The notes below the pieces were generated by a model that worked only from the letters and a program-made list of their open reading frames with translations, had not been told where the DNA came from and searched no databases. Positions 49,495 to 62,178 of a DNA stretch of 64,000 bases are shown piece by piece. The stretch is from Actinomycetes bacterium. Its GTDB lineage: Bacteria > Actinomycetota > Actinomycetes > Nanopelagicales > Nanopelagicaceae. Where the stretch lies: positions 10,711-74,710 of the forward strand of contig JBFYOY010000037.1 of assembly GCA_041303575.1 (NCBI GenBank). Direction: 5' to 3'. Position 1 is the first letter of the stretch. Every line of letters begins with the position of its first letter. Position numbers and translations under genes: made by a program.

Positions 49495-50685
49495 TTACTT
49501 AACTGCGTTTTGAAGGGCGCTAACGCGATCTGTGCGCTCCCAAGCAAACTCAGGAAGTTCACGACCGAAGTGACCGTAAGCACTAGTAAGTGAGTAGATA
49601 GGTCGAAGCAGCTCGAGATCGCGGATGATCGCCGCTGGACGAAGATCAAAGACTGATAAAACAGCCTCTTGAATCTTTAACACTGGAACTGTTTCAGTTC
49701 CAAATGTTTCCACGAATACGCCAACTGGTTGGGCCTTTCCGATGGCGTAGGCAACTTGTACCTCACATCGACGGGCCAACCCTGCTGCAACTACATTCTT
49801 TGCAACCCAACGCATCGCATAAGCTGCTGAACGATCCACCTTTGATGGATCCTTTCCGCTAAATGCACCTCCGCCGTGACGAGCCATTCCACCGTATGTA
49901 TCGACAATGATTTTACGACCTGTTAAGCCTGCATCCCCCATGGGACCACCGATTACAAAACGACCTGTTGGGTTGATCAGTGTACGAAGTTCTTTTCTTG
50001 GTAGATCAATCTTCGAAATAATTGGGTTGATTACATACTCAATAATCTCTGGTGTTAACTTTTTAACAACATCTACATTTTCAGCGTGTTGACTCGAGAT
50101 AACAACTGTGTCTAAAGCAATCGCACGGTCTCCGTCATACTCGATCGTGACCTGTGTTTTTCCATCTGGGCGAAGGTATGCAAGTTCACCTGATTTGCGA
50201 ACCTTGGTGAGTTGCTGCGCCAGCGCATGTGCCAGCCAAATAGGTAGGGGCATTAACTCTTTTGTGTCATCACATGCGTAACCAAACATTAATCCTTGGT
50301 CACCTGCACCTTGTAGATCTAATGGATCTACTGCGGAGGTGACTCGATGCTCGTATGCATCATCGACACCCTGGGCAATATCCTGAGATTGCTGGCCGAT
50401 AGAGATAGATACACCACAGCTATTTCCATCAAAACCTTTGTCAGATGAGTCATAGCCAATGTTTAAAACAGTGTCGCGAACTATTCCCATTACATCTGCA
50501 TATCCATTGGTTGTTACCTCGCCAGCAACATGAACCTGTCCCGTCGTGATCAGCGTTTCGACAGCTACACGGCTCTTTGCATCCTGTGATAGTAGAGAAT
50601 CTAGAACGGCATCTGAGATCGCATCAGCGATCTTGTCTGGGTGACCTTCGGTAACAGACTCGGAGGTGAAAAGGCGCTTTGACAT
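49495..50685 (-). CDS. metK: S-adenosylmethionine synthetase
   Basis: [26 protein letters not shown]. Confidence 0.97.
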   Translation of the reverse strand: MSKRLFTSESVTEGHPDKIADAISDAVLDSLLSQDAKSRVAVETLITTGQVHVAGEVTTNGYADVMGIVRDTVLNIGYDSSDKGFDGNSCGVSISIGQQSQDIAQGVDDAYEHRVTSAVDPLDLQGAGDQGLMFGYACDDTKELMPLPIWLAHALAQQLTKVRKSGELAYLRPDGKTQVTIEYDGDRAIALDTVVISSQHAENVDVVKKLTPEIIEYVINPIISKIDLPRKELRTLINPTGRFVIGGPMGDAGLTGRKIIVDTYGGMARHGGGAFSGKDPSKVDRSAAYAMRWVAKNVVAAGLARRCEVQVAYAIGKAQPVGVFVETFGTETVPVLKIQEAVLSVFDLRPAAIIRDLELLRPIYSLTSAYGHFGRELPEFAWERTDRVSALQNAVK

Positions 50686-50689
50686 AGTT

Positions 50690-51874
50690 TTAACCTAACT
50701 GCCGGATGGCTTGATCAAGAAGTGTGTTACTAAGAGCGTCTTTGGAGACTTCCTTGACCGCTATATCCGCTTCATTGCGTACGAGAATGGTACCCATAGT
50801 TGTGTCCTGGCCAAAGATTGCCCCGCCAGACACATCATTTACATAGATCACATCAAGGCCCTTGCTCTCAAGCTTTCTGCGAGCCTCTTGCAGGTGATCC
50901 CTAGTTTCGGCAGCAAAGCCAACCATGATGCGACCAGCCTTTCGTGGGGCTAACTCAGCTAATAGATCGGGGTTGGGCTCTAACTCCAAATTGAGTAATG
51001 AGCCCTTCTTAATCTTCTCATCTGATCTTTGTACAGGGCGTGCATCGGCTACTGCTGCGCTCATGATCAAGATGTTGCAATCCTCAAAGTGTGAATTCAG
51101 AGCCTTTTGCATCTGTTCAGTTGACTCAACTGATACAACCTTCACACCTTTCAGATGAGAGGTTTCGCAGTTTGCTGCGATCAAGGTGACTTCTGCTCCT
51201 CGATTTTTTGCAGCGTTGGCTAGCGCTATCCCCTGCTTGCCAGATGATTTATTTCCGATGAATCGAACAGGATCTATCGCCTCTCGAGTTCCGCCAGCGG
51301 TAATGAGTACCTTTGTGCCCTTGAGATCTTGAAGCTGTCCTGTTACTTGATCAAAAGCTGAAATTATTGTGGCAGTCTCAGGAAATCTTCCGGGACCTAC
51401 ATCATCACCTGTAAGGCGCCCAACTTCTGGATCTAGTACAACAAAACCTCTTTCACGAAGAGTCTTTACATTTGCAACTGTTGCTGGATCTAGCCACATT
51501 GATGGATGCATCGCTGGAACAATCATTTTCGGAACATCGGAGGCCAGCACTAAATTGGTGAGCAAGTCATCTGCGCGACCCATAGCAATTCGAGCGATCA
51601 AATCGGCGGTGGCAGGTGCAATCAGAAAAAAATCAGCTCTTTCAGCCAGGGCAATATGTGGAACGGTGTGAACTGATTCCCACACTTGGGTTGTAACAGG
51701 ACGCCCTGAAAGAGCCTCCCAAGTAGCCGCCCCAACAAAATTCAAGGATGCAGGTGTTGGAACTACGGTGATTATGTAGCCACGATCTTGAAGACGGCGT
51801 AGCAGCTCGCAGGATTTATAAGCCGCTATTCCTCCGCCAACTCCGAGGATAACCTCACGGCCTTGGAGTGTCAT
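50690..51874 (-). CDS. coaBC: Bifunctional phosphopantothenoylcysteine decarboxylase / synthetase
   Basis: [43 protein letters not shown]. Confidence 0.95.
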   Translation of the reverse strand: MTLQGREVILGVGGGIAAYKSCELLRRLQDRGYIITVVPTPASLNFVGAATWEALSGRPVTTQVWESVHTVPHIALAERADFFLIAPATADLIARIAMGRADDLLTNLVLASDVPKMIVPAMHPSMWLDPATVANVKTLRERGFVVLDPEVGRLTGDDVGPGRFPETATIISAFDQVTGQLQDLKGTKVLITAGGTREAIDPVRFIGNKSSGKQGIALANAAKNRGAEVTLIAANCETSHLKGVKVVSVESTEQMQKALNSHFEDCNILIMSAAVADARPVQRSDEKIKKGSLLNLELEPNPDLLAELAPRKAGRIMVGFAAETRDHLQEARRKLESKGLDVIYVNDVSGGAIFGQDTTMGTILVRNEADIAVKEVSKDALSNTLLDQAIRQLG

Positions 51875-51882
51875 TGAAAAAG

Positions 51883-52131
51883 TTACGCTGTTGGCTCGAG
51901 ATTTTCGATTGTAAGAAGTCCCTCATTGATCTCGCGAAGTGCGATAGAAAGTGGCTTCTCATGAACATGGGTTTCAACCAAAGGTCCTACATACTCAAGA
52001 AGACCTTCGCCAAGTTGTGAGTAGTAAGCGTTGATCTGACGAGCGCGCTTTGCAGCGTACAAAACCAGGCTGTACTTAGAACCGCTCTTGTCTAGAAGTT
52101 CATCGATAGGTGGATTAGTGATTCCATCCAT
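51883..52131 (-). CDS. rpoZ: RNA polymerase omega subunit
   Basis: [37 protein letters not shown]; ATG 52131 after GAGGA. Confidence 0.95.
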   Translation of the reverse strand: MDGITNPPIDELLDKSGSKYSLVLYAAKRARQINAYYSQLGEGLLEYVGPLVETHVHEKPLSIALREINEGLLTIENLEPTA

Positions 52132-52176
52132 GGTTTTCCTCGCTTCTGTGATCAATCTGGAAAATGAGTTACGCGC

Positions 52177-53052
52177 TTAATTCTGGGCTAACTCTACCAG
52201 TCTCTGAACAACGCTCTCCACCTGGTCATTGACCAAAACGACATCAAAGAAGGCGGCTGCCGCTAGCTCTTCCTGGGCCAATCTCAGCCTCTCAGCCCTT
52301 CGTTCAGCACCATCTGTCCCCCGACCTTCAAGGCGAGAGACCAGCTCCTCCCATGTAGGTGGTTCTAAGAAAACCAATAGCGACTGTGGCAAATGTTGCT
52401 TTACCTGCTTGGCCCCGGCTATCTCAATCTCTAGCAATACATTTCGACCTTGGCGAAGCGCATCCTCTACCTGGCTTTGAGGTGTTCCATAACGATTGCC
52501 TGCAAACTCTGCCCATTCCAAAAACTCATCTTCAGCGATCATAGTTGAAAACTTTTCTTCACTTACAAAGAAGTAATCGCGACCTTCAACCTCATTGATG
52601 CGAGGCTTGCGTGTCGTTGCGCTAACACTCACCCAGAAATCATTTGCTTCACGAAGCTTCTTAGCCACTGTACTTTTACCGACCCCGCCTGGGCCAGATA
52701 GAACAAGTAATTTTCCCGGCTTGGTACTCATATCTTCTTTCTTAAACTCCCCAATTAGTTCCTTGATTTGAAGTTTACCAAGTCCCTGAATCCTTCGGGT
52801 TGAAGAGATATTTAATTTTTCCATAAGTGTAATAACTCGAACCTTGCCAACACCTGAGAGTGACTCTAGTAACTCCTTGACCCGCATCTTTGCTATAGCG
52901 TCATCGGTGGTCGCCAACTTTAAAACATCTTCAATACTTAATTCGCCGCTTTTAATCAGGGTCTTAATCTCGGCCCGACGTTTTCTAGAGAGCCCAGCCT
53001 TAGCCAGGGCTGCTTGACGCTGCTCCGGTGTTAGTTGTGGTGGCAATCCCAT
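52177..53052 (-). CDS. mihF-gmk: Fusion of actinobacterial integration host factor (mIHF/sIHF) and guanylate kinase
   Basis: aa 1-107 LPPQLTPEQRQAAL..LLESLSGVGKVR..RRIQGLG (mIHF); aa 108-291 LSGPGGVGKST, SATTRKPR, YGTP, RL.GRGT (Gmk); no stop between. Confidence 0.9.
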   Translation of the reverse strand: MGLPPQLTPEQRQAALAKAGLSRKRRAEIKTLIKSGELSIEDVLKLATTDDAIAKMRVKELLESLSGVGKVRVITLMEKLNISSTRRIQGLGKLQIKELIGEFKKEDMSTKPGKLLVLSGPGGVGKSTVAKKLREANDFWVSVSATTRKPRINEVEGRDYFFVSEEKFSTMIAEDEFLEWAEFAGNRYGTPQSQVEDALRQGRNVLLEIEIAGAKQVKQHLPQSLLVFLEPPTWEELVSRLEGRGTDGAERRAERLRLAQEELAAAAFFDVVLVNDQVESVVQRLVELAQN

Positions 53053-53071
53053 GGCGTAAATCTAGTGGAGA

Positions 53072-53773
53072 TTAAATTAACCGCGAGCCAATCTCTGCAG
53101 CTTTTTCAGACATCGCTTTAGCCCCCTTTGTCCACATCTGAGTAATGGGTCTACCGATAACGACAAAATTGGCACCAGCTGAAATCGCATCTTCAGGCGT
53201 CATAGTTCTTTGTTGATCATCCGATCCCGCCATTTCATGCGGTCGAACTCCGGGAGTGATGATCAGAGGATCTGTGCCAATAGCGGCTCGTACCGCTGCT
53301 ATTTCCAGAGGTGAGCAAACAATTGCACGCGCTCCTCCAAGGATTGCAACCTTTGCTAATGAGACCGCTGAAGCTAGCGCCGATGATTTATAACCTACCT
53401 CCGACACATCATCTTCAGACATAGAAGTTAAAATGGTTACACCTGTTACATAGCTCTGCGGCATTGCATCAGCGGCAGCTCTAATCATTGCTCTGCCACC
53501 AGAAGCATGTACGGTAAGAAACTTTGGCGAAAGATGAGAAACCGCCTTGGCTGCGCCACTGACTGTATGTGGAATGTCGTGAAGTTTGAGATCCAAGAAG
53601 ATATCTGAGTCAGTTTCACCTTGAATCGCCTTAACGCCTTCAGAACCAAAGTTTAAAAAGAACTCTAAGCCGAGCTTAAAGACAGAAACATTGTTCTGCG
53701 TTGCCCGAACCCACTGCACCGCCGTTGACAACTCTGGGGTGTCAACGGCCAGAACTATAGGAGCCTTATTCAT
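53072..53773 (-). CDS. pyrF: Orotidine-5'-phosphate decarboxylase
   Basis: FLDLKLHDIPHTV, TPGVR, VIGRPI. Confidence 0.95.
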   Translation of the reverse strand: MNKAPIVLAVDTPELSTAVQWVRATQNNVSVFKLGLEFFLNFGSEGVKAIQGETDSDIFLDLKLHDIPHTVSGAAKAVSHLSPKFLTVHASGGRAMIRAAADAMPQSYVTGVTILTSMSEDDVSEVGYKSSALASAVSLAKVAILGGARAIVCSPLEIAAVRAAIGTDPLIITPGVRPHEMAGSDDQQRTMTPEDAISAGANFVVIGRPITQMWTKGAKAMSEKAAEIGSRLI

Positions 53774-54715
53774 CTACTGCGCCTGCTCTGATCGATGGGC
53801 ATAACCGACAGCTTGTTTCAAAGATGTGAAGCCCCGATCTGTCAGCAGCTGTTTTAACTCGCTTTGAATTGACATGATTGCAGTTGGATTTCCAAAACTT
53901 GCGGTTCCAATAGAAACTCCACTCGCCCCTGCCAAGATCATTTCTAACGCATCTTTACCAGAAGAGACACCGCCCATACCAAGAATTGGAGTAGTGGGTA
54001 AGGCGGCATGTACCTGATAAATAGCTCGAACTGCAATAGGACGAATAGCAGGACCTGATAAACCACCAGTGATACCACCTAGGTGTGGGCGCATGGTGTC
54101 CACATTAATTACCATTCCTAAAACAGTATTAATCAGAGCTAAGCCATCGGCACCTGCATCAACAACACCTTTAGCAATTGCAACCAAATCCGTTACATCA
54201 GGTGAAAGTTTGGCGATGATGGGCAGCTCGCCTCCTATGGTTCTACGAACCCCATCGATTACTCGTTTGGAAGTTTCGAGATCTGTTGCAAATACCTGCC
54301 CGCGGCTTTCTACATTGGGACAAGAGATATTGACTTCAATTGCGCTGATTCCAGATACGGATCTCAGCTTACGAGCAAGGGTTGAATACTCTTCAACAGT
54401 TTCACCCGCGATAGAGACAATAATCCGAGCCTTTTGTTCTATTAAGAAAGGAACATCCTTGGCTAAAAAGGCATCGATACCCGGACCCTGTAACCCAATG
54501 GAGTTGAGCATGCCACTAGGAGTCTCAGCCATGCGTGGTGTTGGGCGACCTGGACGAGCCTTGGACATCACCGACTTTGTGACGACTCCCCCCATATCTC
54601 TAAGAGGAAAGAACTGCGCCAATTCGCGACCAGAGCTCGCACAACCACTTGCCGTAAATGTAGGTGCTGGAAACCAGGCGTTTCCGATTGTTGTCGAAAA
54701 ATCTAGAGCTGTCAT
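53774..54715 (-). CDS. pyrD: Dihydroorotate dehydrogenase class 1B, catalytic subunit
   Basis: TASG, GMLNSIGL, NISCPN (catalytic Cys), INT, GGLSGPAIRP; ATGA overlap with pyrK. Confidence 0.92.
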   Translation of the reverse strand: MTALDFSTTIGNAWFPAPTFTASGCASSGRELAQFFPLRDMGGVVTKSVMSKARPGRPTPRMAETPSGMLNSIGLQGPGIDAFLAKDVPFLIEQKARIIVSIAGETVEEYSTLARKLRSVSGISAIEVNISCPNVESRGQVFATDLETSKRVIDGVRRTIGGELPIIAKLSPDVTDLVAIAKGVVDAGADGLALINTVLGMVINVDTMRPHLGGITGGLSGPAIRPIAVRAIYQVHAALPTTPILGMGGVSSGKDALEMILAGASGVSIGTASFGNPTAIMSIQSELKQLLTDRGFTSLKQAVGYAHRSEQAQ

Positions 54716-55551
54716 TGGTGCTGACCCACCTGATCCCACAAAACTTTCGAACCATCCATAACAGGACCATCTATGCAAGATCTCAACATCGATGTGCTTC
54801 CATCCTCATTTTCAACAGGGAGTACACAAGTCATGCAGATTCCGATTCCACAAGCCATGGATTCCTCAACTGCGCATTGATGAACAACATCAAACTCATT
54901 TGAAATCTTAGTTATTGCCGCCAACATCGGCATTGGTCCACACGAGTAAATAACAGCAACATTAAGATCTTTAATGATTTCAGGAATCGGGTCTGTAACC
55001 CGTCCTGCCGATCCCATTGATCCATCTTCAGTGTAAATCCGCATGGAGTTAACAGAACGCTTACCCTCCATCGGTGCGTAGATTTTCGAACCGGTGCTTG
55101 CACCTAAAAGCATATCGACACGACATCCTCTTGAGTTCAAAAGTTCAGCTAATCCAAAAAGTGGAGCTGATCCATATCCTCCGCCGACTAACAAAACTGG
55201 TACTGGTTCAGTGGGTATTCCAAAAGCGGTGCCCAATGGGGCTACTAAATCAAGAACTACACCTTCACCTTGTGAACACAGCCATTTGCTGCCTTGGCCA
55301 TGTGGAGCAACGATCAACTCCATGGTTCCACCAACTGTAGATGAGGTCGAAACTCGAGATATGGCAAAGGCACGACGAAGTACCATCCGAGATGAATCCC
55401 CGCCGACACTTATTGCCACAAAATTACCTGGCTTACAAGCTGCGGCAACATCCCCGATATTGATGATGATCTGATGGTATTGGCCGACACGTTTATTGCT
55501 GACAATCGGTGCCAAAAGTTGCTTCGCACTTTTATTGATTTGCATCATCAT
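54712..55551 (-). CDS. pyrK: Dihydroorotate dehydrogenase electron-transfer subunit
   Basis: [21 protein letters not shown], 2Fe-2S motif [16 protein letters not shown]. Confidence 0.9.
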   Translation of the reverse strand: MMMQINKSAKQLLAPIVSNKRVGQYHQIIINIGDVAAACKPGNFVAISVGGDSSRMVLRRAFAISRVSTSSTVGGTMELIVAPHGQGSKWLCSQGEGVVLDLVAPLGTAFGIPTEPVPVLLVGGGYGSAPLFGLAELLNSRGCRVDMLLGASTGSKIYAPMEGKRSVNSMRIYTEDGSMGSAGRVTDPIPEIIKDLNVAVIYSCGPMPMLAAITKISNEFDVVHQCAVEESMACGIGICMTCVLPVENEDGSTSMLRSCIDGPVMDGSKVLWDQVGQHQ

Positions 55552-58500
55552 GCAAGCCATTCTTGCAGAGATTTAATGCTCAGCGGGCTAGCTTGCAAGA
55601 AACGAATCGCGTCAACTGCAGCGCTAAAACCAGCGGTAGTTGTTATGCAAGGGATTGATTTCTGAACAGCTGCGGTGCGAATTGCCCAGCCATCGGCACG
55701 GGTTCCGCGACCCACTGGTGTATTGATTACCAAGTCGATTTCGCCGTTACTGATCATCTCAACAATTGTTTTCTCACCTAACTGGCCTGTTCCCTCTGAA
55801 TGCTTTCGTACCGTCGTGCACTCAATTCCCTTAGTACGCAGGAAATCGGCTGTACCTAAGGTCGCAAGAATATGAAAACCTAACTCTGAAAAACCAAGTG
55901 CTGGCTCAATTCCAGTCGCCTTGTCCTTGTCTGCAAGAGAGATAAACACCGTTCCCGCTTTAGGTAATGGACCAAAGGCTGCGATCTGACTCTTCGCATA
56001 GCTTTCTCCAAAGGTTGGCGAAATTCCCATGACCTCACCAGTCGAACGCATCTCCGGCCCCAGAACCGCATCTACACCTCGGCCATCTGTACGACGGAAT
56101 CGATTCCAAGGAAGAACCGCTTCCTTTACAGAAACACCTCTAGCAACGCCATCTCCCGATGAAGGCAAGATGCCTGAACCGCGAAGTTCTTGAATTGTGG
56201 CTCCCACAGAGATACGTGCAGCAGCTTTTGCAAGCGCAACCCCACTTGCCTTACTGACGAAGGGAACGGTACGGGATGCTCTTGGATTGGCCTCAAGCAC
56301 ATACAAAAGGTTGTCGGCAATTGCGAATTGGATATTAATCAATCCTCGTACATCGACACCGCGTGCGATCTTTTCTGTCGCGAGACGAATCTCAGCTCTT
56401 TGTTCATCAGTGACAGTCATCGAAGGTAGAACACAAGCGCTATCTCCGCTATGGATACCAGCCTCTTCAATGTGCTCCATTACTCCCCCAAGGAAGAGTT
56501 CGTGGCCATCAAACAAGGCATCAACATCAATCTCAATCGCATTATCAAGAAAACGATCAACTAAAACAGGATGGTCAGGGGTTATATCCGTAGCACGAGT
56601 AATGAACCCGCCAAGTGCGGCATCATCATAAACAATCTCCATACCTCGACCGCCCAAAACAAAGGATGGACGAACAAGTACTGGGTATCCAATGCTTTGC
56701 GCAATTTTGGTTGCCTCTAATTGTGATGATGCCATTCCAAACTCAGGCGCACGTAAACCTTGCTCAGCCAATATCTTTCCAAATGCGCCACGCTCTTCGG
56801 CCAAGTTAATCGCTTCAGGGGATGTTCCAAGAATGTTGACACCATTTGCCTTTAAACCAGCGGCTAATCCCAGTGGAGTTTGTCCACCAAGCTGGGTAAT
56901 AACACCTAGCACTGGTCCTGCTTGGCTCTCTGCATGAACAACCTCAAGGACATCTTCCAATGTCAGCGGCTCAAAGTACAAACGATTACTGGTGTCATAG
57001 TCGGTTGATACCGTTTCTGGATTGCAGTTGATCATGATCGTTTCATAACCAGCATCACGCAAGGTAAATGAAGCGTGGACACATGAGTAATCAAACTCAA
57101 TGCCTTGTCCGATTCTGTTTGGTCCACTTCCCAAAATAATCACAGCTGGTGTGGTTCTAGGACGGACTTCGGTCTCCTCCTCGTAACTTGAATAATGATA
57201 AGGAGTAAAGGCCTCAAACTCTGCGGCGCAGGTATCTACCGTTTTGTAGACAGGACGTATGCCTAGGTGATGGCGAGCCTTGCGAATCTCATCCTCTGTC
57301 ACACCGCGAAGGGCTGCGATCTGATTATCTGAAAAGCCCTGACCCTTTGCGGTGCGCAAAAGCTCAGCCGTAAGTTCTCCAGGTAATGCAATAATTGCAG
57401 CTTGCTGATTAATAAGCTCTATCTGGCGCAAGTACCAGGGATCAATCTTGGTTGCTGCAAATACTTCATCGATACTAGAACCAGCCCACATTGCTTTTTG
57501 AACTTGCTGTAGACGGTATTCAGTTGGAACCTTCATCGATTGCAAAAGAGCAGCACGCTCAGCCTCGGAAACAATCGGCCAGGTAAAGATCGCTTCCTTT
57601 CTTTCAAGGGAACGTAAAGCCTTCATGAGCGCCTCTGAAAAGGAACGTCCTATCGCCATCGCTTCACCGACACTCTTCATTGTCGTTGTAAGTCTCGGAT
57701 CGGCATCGGCGAACTTCTCAAAGGCAAACCGAGGCAGTTTCACAACAACATAATCAAGGGTAGGCTCAAAAGAGGCGGGAGTTACACGTGTAATGTCATT
57801 TTGAATCTCATCCAAGGTGTAACCGATCGCTAACTTTGTAGCTATCTTTGCAATCGGAAAACCAGTTGCTTTTGAGGCTAAAGCGCTTGAACGTGACACT
57901 CGAGGATTCATCTCGATGACGATAATTCGACCATTATTTGGATTTACCGCAAATTGAATATTACAACCGCCAGTTTCGACGCCTACTTCGCGAATGATAT
58001 CCATCGAAAGATCGCGAAGCTTCTGGTATTCAACATCAGTCAAGGTCATCGCTGGTGCAACGGTGATTGAATCACCCGTGTGAACACCCATAGGGTCAAG
58101 GTTCTCAATAGAACATACGATGACAACATTGTCCTTGTTGTCACGCATTACCTCGAGTTCGTACTCTTTCCAACCAATGATGGACTCTTCTAGCAATACC
58201 TCTGAAGTCGGACTATGTCGCAGTCCCGCTCCGGCTATTTGGCGTAGTTCAGCCTCATCAAATGCAATTCCTGAACCCAATCCACCCATTGTGAAGGAAG
58301 GACGTACAACCACCGGATAATTAAGCTCTGCAACTGCCTGGAATATCTCTTCCATTGTGTGACAAATGCGTGACTTAGCCGACTCTCCCCCAACTTTTTC
58401 TACAATTCCTCTAAAGAGTTCACGATTCTCGCCACGATTAATCGCATCAACATCAGCGCCGATCAGACGTACTCCATACTTTGCCAAGGTGCCACGCTCA

Positions 58501-58808
58501 TACAAACCTATAGCAGCATTTAAAGCTGTCTGGCCACCGAGAGTAGCCAGAACCGCATCTGGCTTTTCATGAGCAATGATCCGTTCAATTATTTCTGGGG
58601 TAATTGGCTCTACATAGGTTGCATCAGCAAACTCTGGGTCTGTCATGATTGTTGCCGGATTTGAGTTAACAAGAATTACCCGAATACCTTCAGCACGTAA
58701 AACTCGGCAGGCTTGTGTACCTGAGTAATCAAACTCGCACGCCTGTCCAATAACGATAGGACCACTACCAATTACTAGAACGCTTTTAATTGATGTATCC
58801 AGAGGCAT
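55548..58808 (-). CDS. carB: Carbamoyl-phosphate synthase large subunit
   Basis: [17 protein letters not shown], two ATP-grasp halves, MGS domain. Confidence 0.97.
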   Translation of the reverse strand: MPLDTSIKSVLVIGSGPIVIGQACEFDYSGTQACRVLRAEGIRVILVNSNPATIMTDPEFADATYVEPITPEIIERIIAHEKPDAVLATLGGQTALNAAIGLYERGTLAKYGVRLIGADVDAINRGENRELFRGIVEKVGGESAKSRICHTMEEIFQAVAELNYPVVVRPSFTMGGLGSGIAFDEAELRQIAGAGLRHSPTSEVLLEESIIGWKEYELEVMRDNKDNVVIVCSIENLDPMGVHTGDSITVAPAMTLTDVEYQKLRDLSMDIIREVGVETGGCNIQFAVNPNNGRIIVIEMNPRVSRSSALASKATGFPIAKIATKLAIGYTLDEIQNDITRVTPASFEPTLDYVVVKLPRFAFEKFADADPRLTTTMKSVGEAMAIGRSFSEALMKALRSLERKEAIFTWPIVSEAERAALLQSMKVPTEYRLQQVQKAMWAGSSIDEVFAATKIDPWYLRQIELINQQAAIIALPGELTAELLRTAKGQGFSDNQIAALRGVTEDEIRKARHHLGIRPVYKTVDTCAAEFEAFTPYHYSSYEEETEVRPRTTPAVIILGSGPNRIGQGIEFDYSCVHASFTLRDAGYETIMINCNPETVSTDYDTSNRLYFEPLTLEDVLEVVHAESQAGPVLGVITQLGGQTPLGLAAGLKANGVNILGTSPEAINLAEERGAFGKILAEQGLRAPEFGMASSQLEATKIAQSIGYPVLVRPSFVLGGRGMEIVYDDAALGGFITRATDITPDHPVLVDRFLDNAIEIDVDALFDGHELFLGGVMEHIEEAGIHSGDSACVLPSMTVTDEQRAEIRLATEKIARGVDVRGLINIQFAIADNLLYVLEANPRASRTVPFVSKASGVALAKAAARISVGATIQELRGSGILPSSGDGVARGVSVKEAVLPWNRFRRTDGRGVDAVLGPEMRSTGEVMGISPTFGESYAKSQIAAFGPLPKAGTVFISLADKDKATGIEPALGFSELGFHILATLGTADFLRTKGIECTTVRKHSEGTGQLGEKTIVEMISNGEIDLVINTPVGRGTRADGWAIRTAAVQKSIPCITTTAGFSAAVDAIRFLQASPLSIKSLQEWLA

Positions 58809-59923
58809 TACGCACCAACCTTCTTGGACATGAGGTCAACGAAACGATCAAACAGGTATGAGGCATCATGTGGACCAGCCGCTGCTTCAGGGTGATATTG
58901 AACTGAAAATGCTGGTCTATCAAGTAATGCAAGACCCTCTACAACGCCATCATTAAGGCAGGTATGAGTAACTTCTCCACGCCCGTAAACAGTTGAGAAC
59001 TCTGCATCAGTCGGTGCCTTTACCGCGAAGCCATGATTATGGGCTGTGATTTCAACCTTGCCAGTAACTTTGTCTATAACTGGTTGATTAATTCCACGAT
59101 GGCCAAACTGCAGCTTGTAGGTCTCGAAACCTAATGCTCGCCCCAAAATTTGGTGACCAAAACAAATTCCAAAGATTGGAACTTCTGATATTAAAAGCTC
59201 GCGAACAACCTCGATCACATCACTCATGGTTGATGGATCTCCCGGACCATTTGAGAGAAACACGCCATCGGGGTTGATTGCCATAATCTCATCAAAGGTT
59301 GAATCAAAGGGCATCACATGAACCTCAACACCACGTTCTGCTAGCGCCCTGGGTGTAGCACCCTTAATTCCAAGATCAAGTGCGGCAATTTTAAATCTCT
59401 TGGTTCCAATCGCAGGAACCACATAAGTTGTAGGGGTTGAAACATCCTTAACAAGGTACGCGCCTGACATCGCATCAGCTTTGCGAACTTCTACCACCAT
59501 CTCTTCACGGGATAAATCTAAACCGGAGAAAATTCCCACACGCATCGCGCCACGATCGCGCAAATGTCTAGTGATTGCTCGTGTATCAACACCCTGAATT
59601 CCAACGATGCCTTGCGAAATAAGCTCCGCTTCCAAATCATTTTGGGCGCGCCAATTAGATGTCAAAGAGGATGGGTTTCGTACAACAAAACCTGCCACCC
59701 AAATCTTTGCTGATTCATTGTCATAATCATTAACGCCGGTATTGCCAATGTGAGGGGCGGTCATCACAACAACTTGCTTATGATACGAAGGATCGGTAAG
59801 GGTCTCTTGGTATCCCGTCATGCCTGTCTGAAAAACCGCTTCACCAAAAGTTTTTCCTTGGGCTGCCCAAGAAGAACCCTCAAAGATGCGACCATCATCC
59901 AAGACTAGGTAAGCACTTGCCAT
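58808..59923 (-). CDS. carA: Carbamoyl-phosphate synthase small subunit
   Basis: [32 protein letters not shown]. Confidence 0.97.
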   Translation of the reverse strand: MASAYLVLDDGRIFEGSSWAAQGKTFGEAVFQTGMTGYQETLTDPSYHKQVVVMTAPHIGNTGVNDYDNESAKIWVAGFVVRNPSSLTSNWRAQNDLEAELISQGIVGIQGVDTRAITRHLRDRGAMRVGIFSGLDLSREEMVVEVRKADAMSGAYLVKDVSTPTTYVVPAIGTKRFKIAALDLGIKGATPRALAERGVEVHVMPFDSTFDEIMAINPDGVFLSNGPGDPSTMSDVIEVVRELLISEVPIFGICFGHQILGRALGFETYKLQFGHRGINQPVIDKVTGKVEITAHNHGFAVKAPTDAEFSTVYGRGEVTHTCLNDGVVEGLALLDRPAFSVQYHPEAAAGPHDASYLFDRFVDLMSKKVGA

Positions 59924-61230
59924 TACATAGCCTCCTTACCTACGACAGCTCCATTAATTACCGTCTGCTTACCCTTAAATAGGGTGTGCTCCACAATTCC
60001 CGGTAACTCGTGGCCATGGTAGGGAGTATTTGTTGAGTTAGACAGCACTAAATCGCGATCTACTCGCCAACTTTTCGTTGGATTAATCACAACTACGTTG
60101 GCAAAGCTTCCAGCCACAACCTTTTCACCCTGCCCCGCGTATCTGCCGATACGAGCTGGCGCGTAGGACAAACGATCTGCAACCTGATCCCAATTTAATA
60201 ACCCTGAATCGACCATTGTCATCTGAACAATTGAAAGAGCGGTCTCCAAGCCAAGCATTCCGAAGGCGGCCTCCTGCCACTCGCACTCCTTGGATTCCAG
60301 TGGATGTGGAGCATGGTCAGTTGCGACGATGTCGATCGTTCCATCTGCAAGGGCTTCTCGTAAAGCGTGAACATCTGCTTCAGTGCGCAGAGGTGGATTG
60401 ACTTTAAAAACCGGATCATAAGACGCAGCTAGATCATCAGTCAGCAAAAGATGATGAGGTGTCACTTCGGCGGTTACGTTGATCCCACGTGCTTTCGCCC
60501 AACGAATGATCTCTACTCCACCAGCGGTAGTCAGATGACAGATATGCAGGCGGGATTTTACGTGATCGGCCAACAAAACATCTCTTGCGATAATCGCTTC
60601 TTCGGCAACTGCAGGCCAGCCTTTCAGGCCCAAACGTGCCGATACTTCTCCCTCATTCATTTGAGAACCAATAGTCATTCGCGGATCTTGTGCATGCTGT
60701 GCTACGACACCATCAAACTTCTTTATGTACTCAAGCGCCCTGCGCATTACTAAAGGATCTGAAACGCAATGACCATCGTCACTAAAGACTCGCACCTTTG
60801 CCACTGAATCAGCCATCGCACCGATCTCCGAAAGTGCTTCTCCATTTAATCCTTGGGTTACTGCACCGATCGGAAATACATCTAGATAGCCAGCTTCCTG
60901 GCCTAATCGATAAACCTGTTCGACAACTCCAGCAGTGTCAGCGACTGGAGAAGTATTGGCCATCGCAGATAACGCAGTGAACCCACCCTTTGCTCCGGCA
61001 CGACTGCCTGACAAAACTGTTTCGGCATCTTCACGGCCAGGTTCACGCAGATGGGTATGAAGATCTACCAATCCTGGCAAAACAATGCAGCCCGATGCAT
61101 CAATTACCTTCTTGGCATCTCCTGAAAAAGAGGGAAGTACTTCAGAAATCTTCTCACCTTGAATACAGAGATCAGCAATTGAGCCATCTGGAAGTTTCGC
61201 GCCCTTGATAACCAGGTCTACTTGACTCAT
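59923..61230 (-). CDS. pyrC: Dihydroorotase
   Basis: DLHTHLREPG, EVTPHHL, KVNPPLR, ATDHAPH. Confidence 0.95.
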   Translation of the reverse strand: MSQVDLVIKGAKLPDGSIADLCIQGEKISEVLPSFSGDAKKVIDASGCIVLPGLVDLHTHLREPGREDAETVLSGSRAGAKGGFTALSAMANTSPVADTAGVVEQVYRLGQEAGYLDVFPIGAVTQGLNGEALSEIGAMADSVAKVRVFSDDGHCVSDPLVMRRALEYIKKFDGVVAQHAQDPRMTIGSQMNEGEVSARLGLKGWPAVAEEAIIARDVLLADHVKSRLHICHLTTAGGVEIIRWAKARGINVTAEVTPHHLLLTDDLAASYDPVFKVNPPLRTEADVHALREALADGTIDIVATDHAPHPLESKECEWQEAAFGMLGLETALSIVQMTMVDSGLLNWDQVADRLSYAPARIGRYAGQGEKVVAGSFANVVVINPTKSWRVDRDLVLSNSTNTPYHGHELPGIVEHTLFKGKQTVINGAVVGKEAM

Positions 61231-62178
61231 TTACTTGCTCCCTGCTTCTAAGGCGCTACCGGTTAAAAGAACATACAAAATCGACATTCTGACACTGACT
61301 CCATTTGTCACCTGTTCGGTAATTACTGAACGTGCACTATCTGCAACCTCTGCAGAAATCTCCAGCCCCCGGTTCATAGGCCCTGGGTGCATGACTATCG
61401 CCCCAGGCTTCATGGATTTCATCCGGTCCAGATTTAAACCAAAGTATCGCGAGTATTCACGAGAGTTCGGGAAGTACAGATCAGTCATTCTCTCTTGCTG
61501 AACACGCAACATCATTACGACATCTACAAAGGGAATGACTGAATCAAAATCATATGAAACAGTCGCAGGCCAGCTTTCAACTCCAACCGGAAGCAAGGTC
61601 GGAGGGGCAACTAAAACAACCTTTGCGCCTAACTTGGAAAGCAACAAAACATTTGAACGAGCAACACGCGAGTGCAAAACATCGCCCACTATCGCGACAG
61701 TTAAGCCTTCAAGATCACTCTTTCCCAAACTTAGGTGTTTGCGGATCGTGAATGCATCGAGCAGCGCTTGACTTGGATGTTCGTGGGTACCATCTCCGGC
61801 GTTTACAACGCTACCTGACATCCACTGTGAGTCAGCAAGTCGTTGAGCCGCACCTGATGCCGAATGTCGAATAACTACCGCATCAGCACCCATAGCCTGC
61901 AGGGTCATCGCCGTGTCCTTGAGTGATTCACCCTTGCTGACGCTAGATCCTTTAGCTGAAAAATTAATAACATCAGCAGAAAGTCGCTTAGCAGCTGCCT
62001 CAAAGGATATTCGTGTACGGGTTGAGTCTTCAGCAAAGAGATTAACAATTGTTCGACCGCGCAAAGTAGGAAGCTTCTTAACCGCTCCATCACTTACTCG
62101 TGCAAGTTCGTTAGCGGTATCTAAGATAGAGATGGCTTGAGTTTTAGATAGATCAGCTATCGAAAGTAGATGGCGCAT
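61231..62178 (-). CDS. pyrB: Aspartate carbamoyltransferase catalytic subunit
   Basis: [32 protein letters not shown]. Confidence 0.96.
   Translation of the reverse strand: MRHLLSIADLSKTQAISILDTANELARVSDGAVKKLPTLRGRTIVNLFAEDSTRTRISFEAAAKRLSADVINFSAKGSSVSKGESLKDTAMTLQAMGADAVVIRHSASGAAQRLADSQWMSGSVVNAGDGTHEHPSQALLDAFTIRKHLSLGKSDLEGLTVAIVGDVLHSRVARSNVLLLSKLGAKVVLVAPPTLLPVGVESWPATVSYDFDSVIPFVDVVMMLRVQQERMTDLYFPNSREYSRYFGLNLDRMKSMKPGAIVMHPGPMNRGLEISAEVADSARSVITEQVTNGVSVRMSILYVLLTGSALEAGSK

Noticed and set aside
54069-54761. 230-aa antisense ORF and the many other short overlapping ORFs in the track
   Set aside because: Shadow frames of well-supported genes, with no recognisable motifs or start signals.
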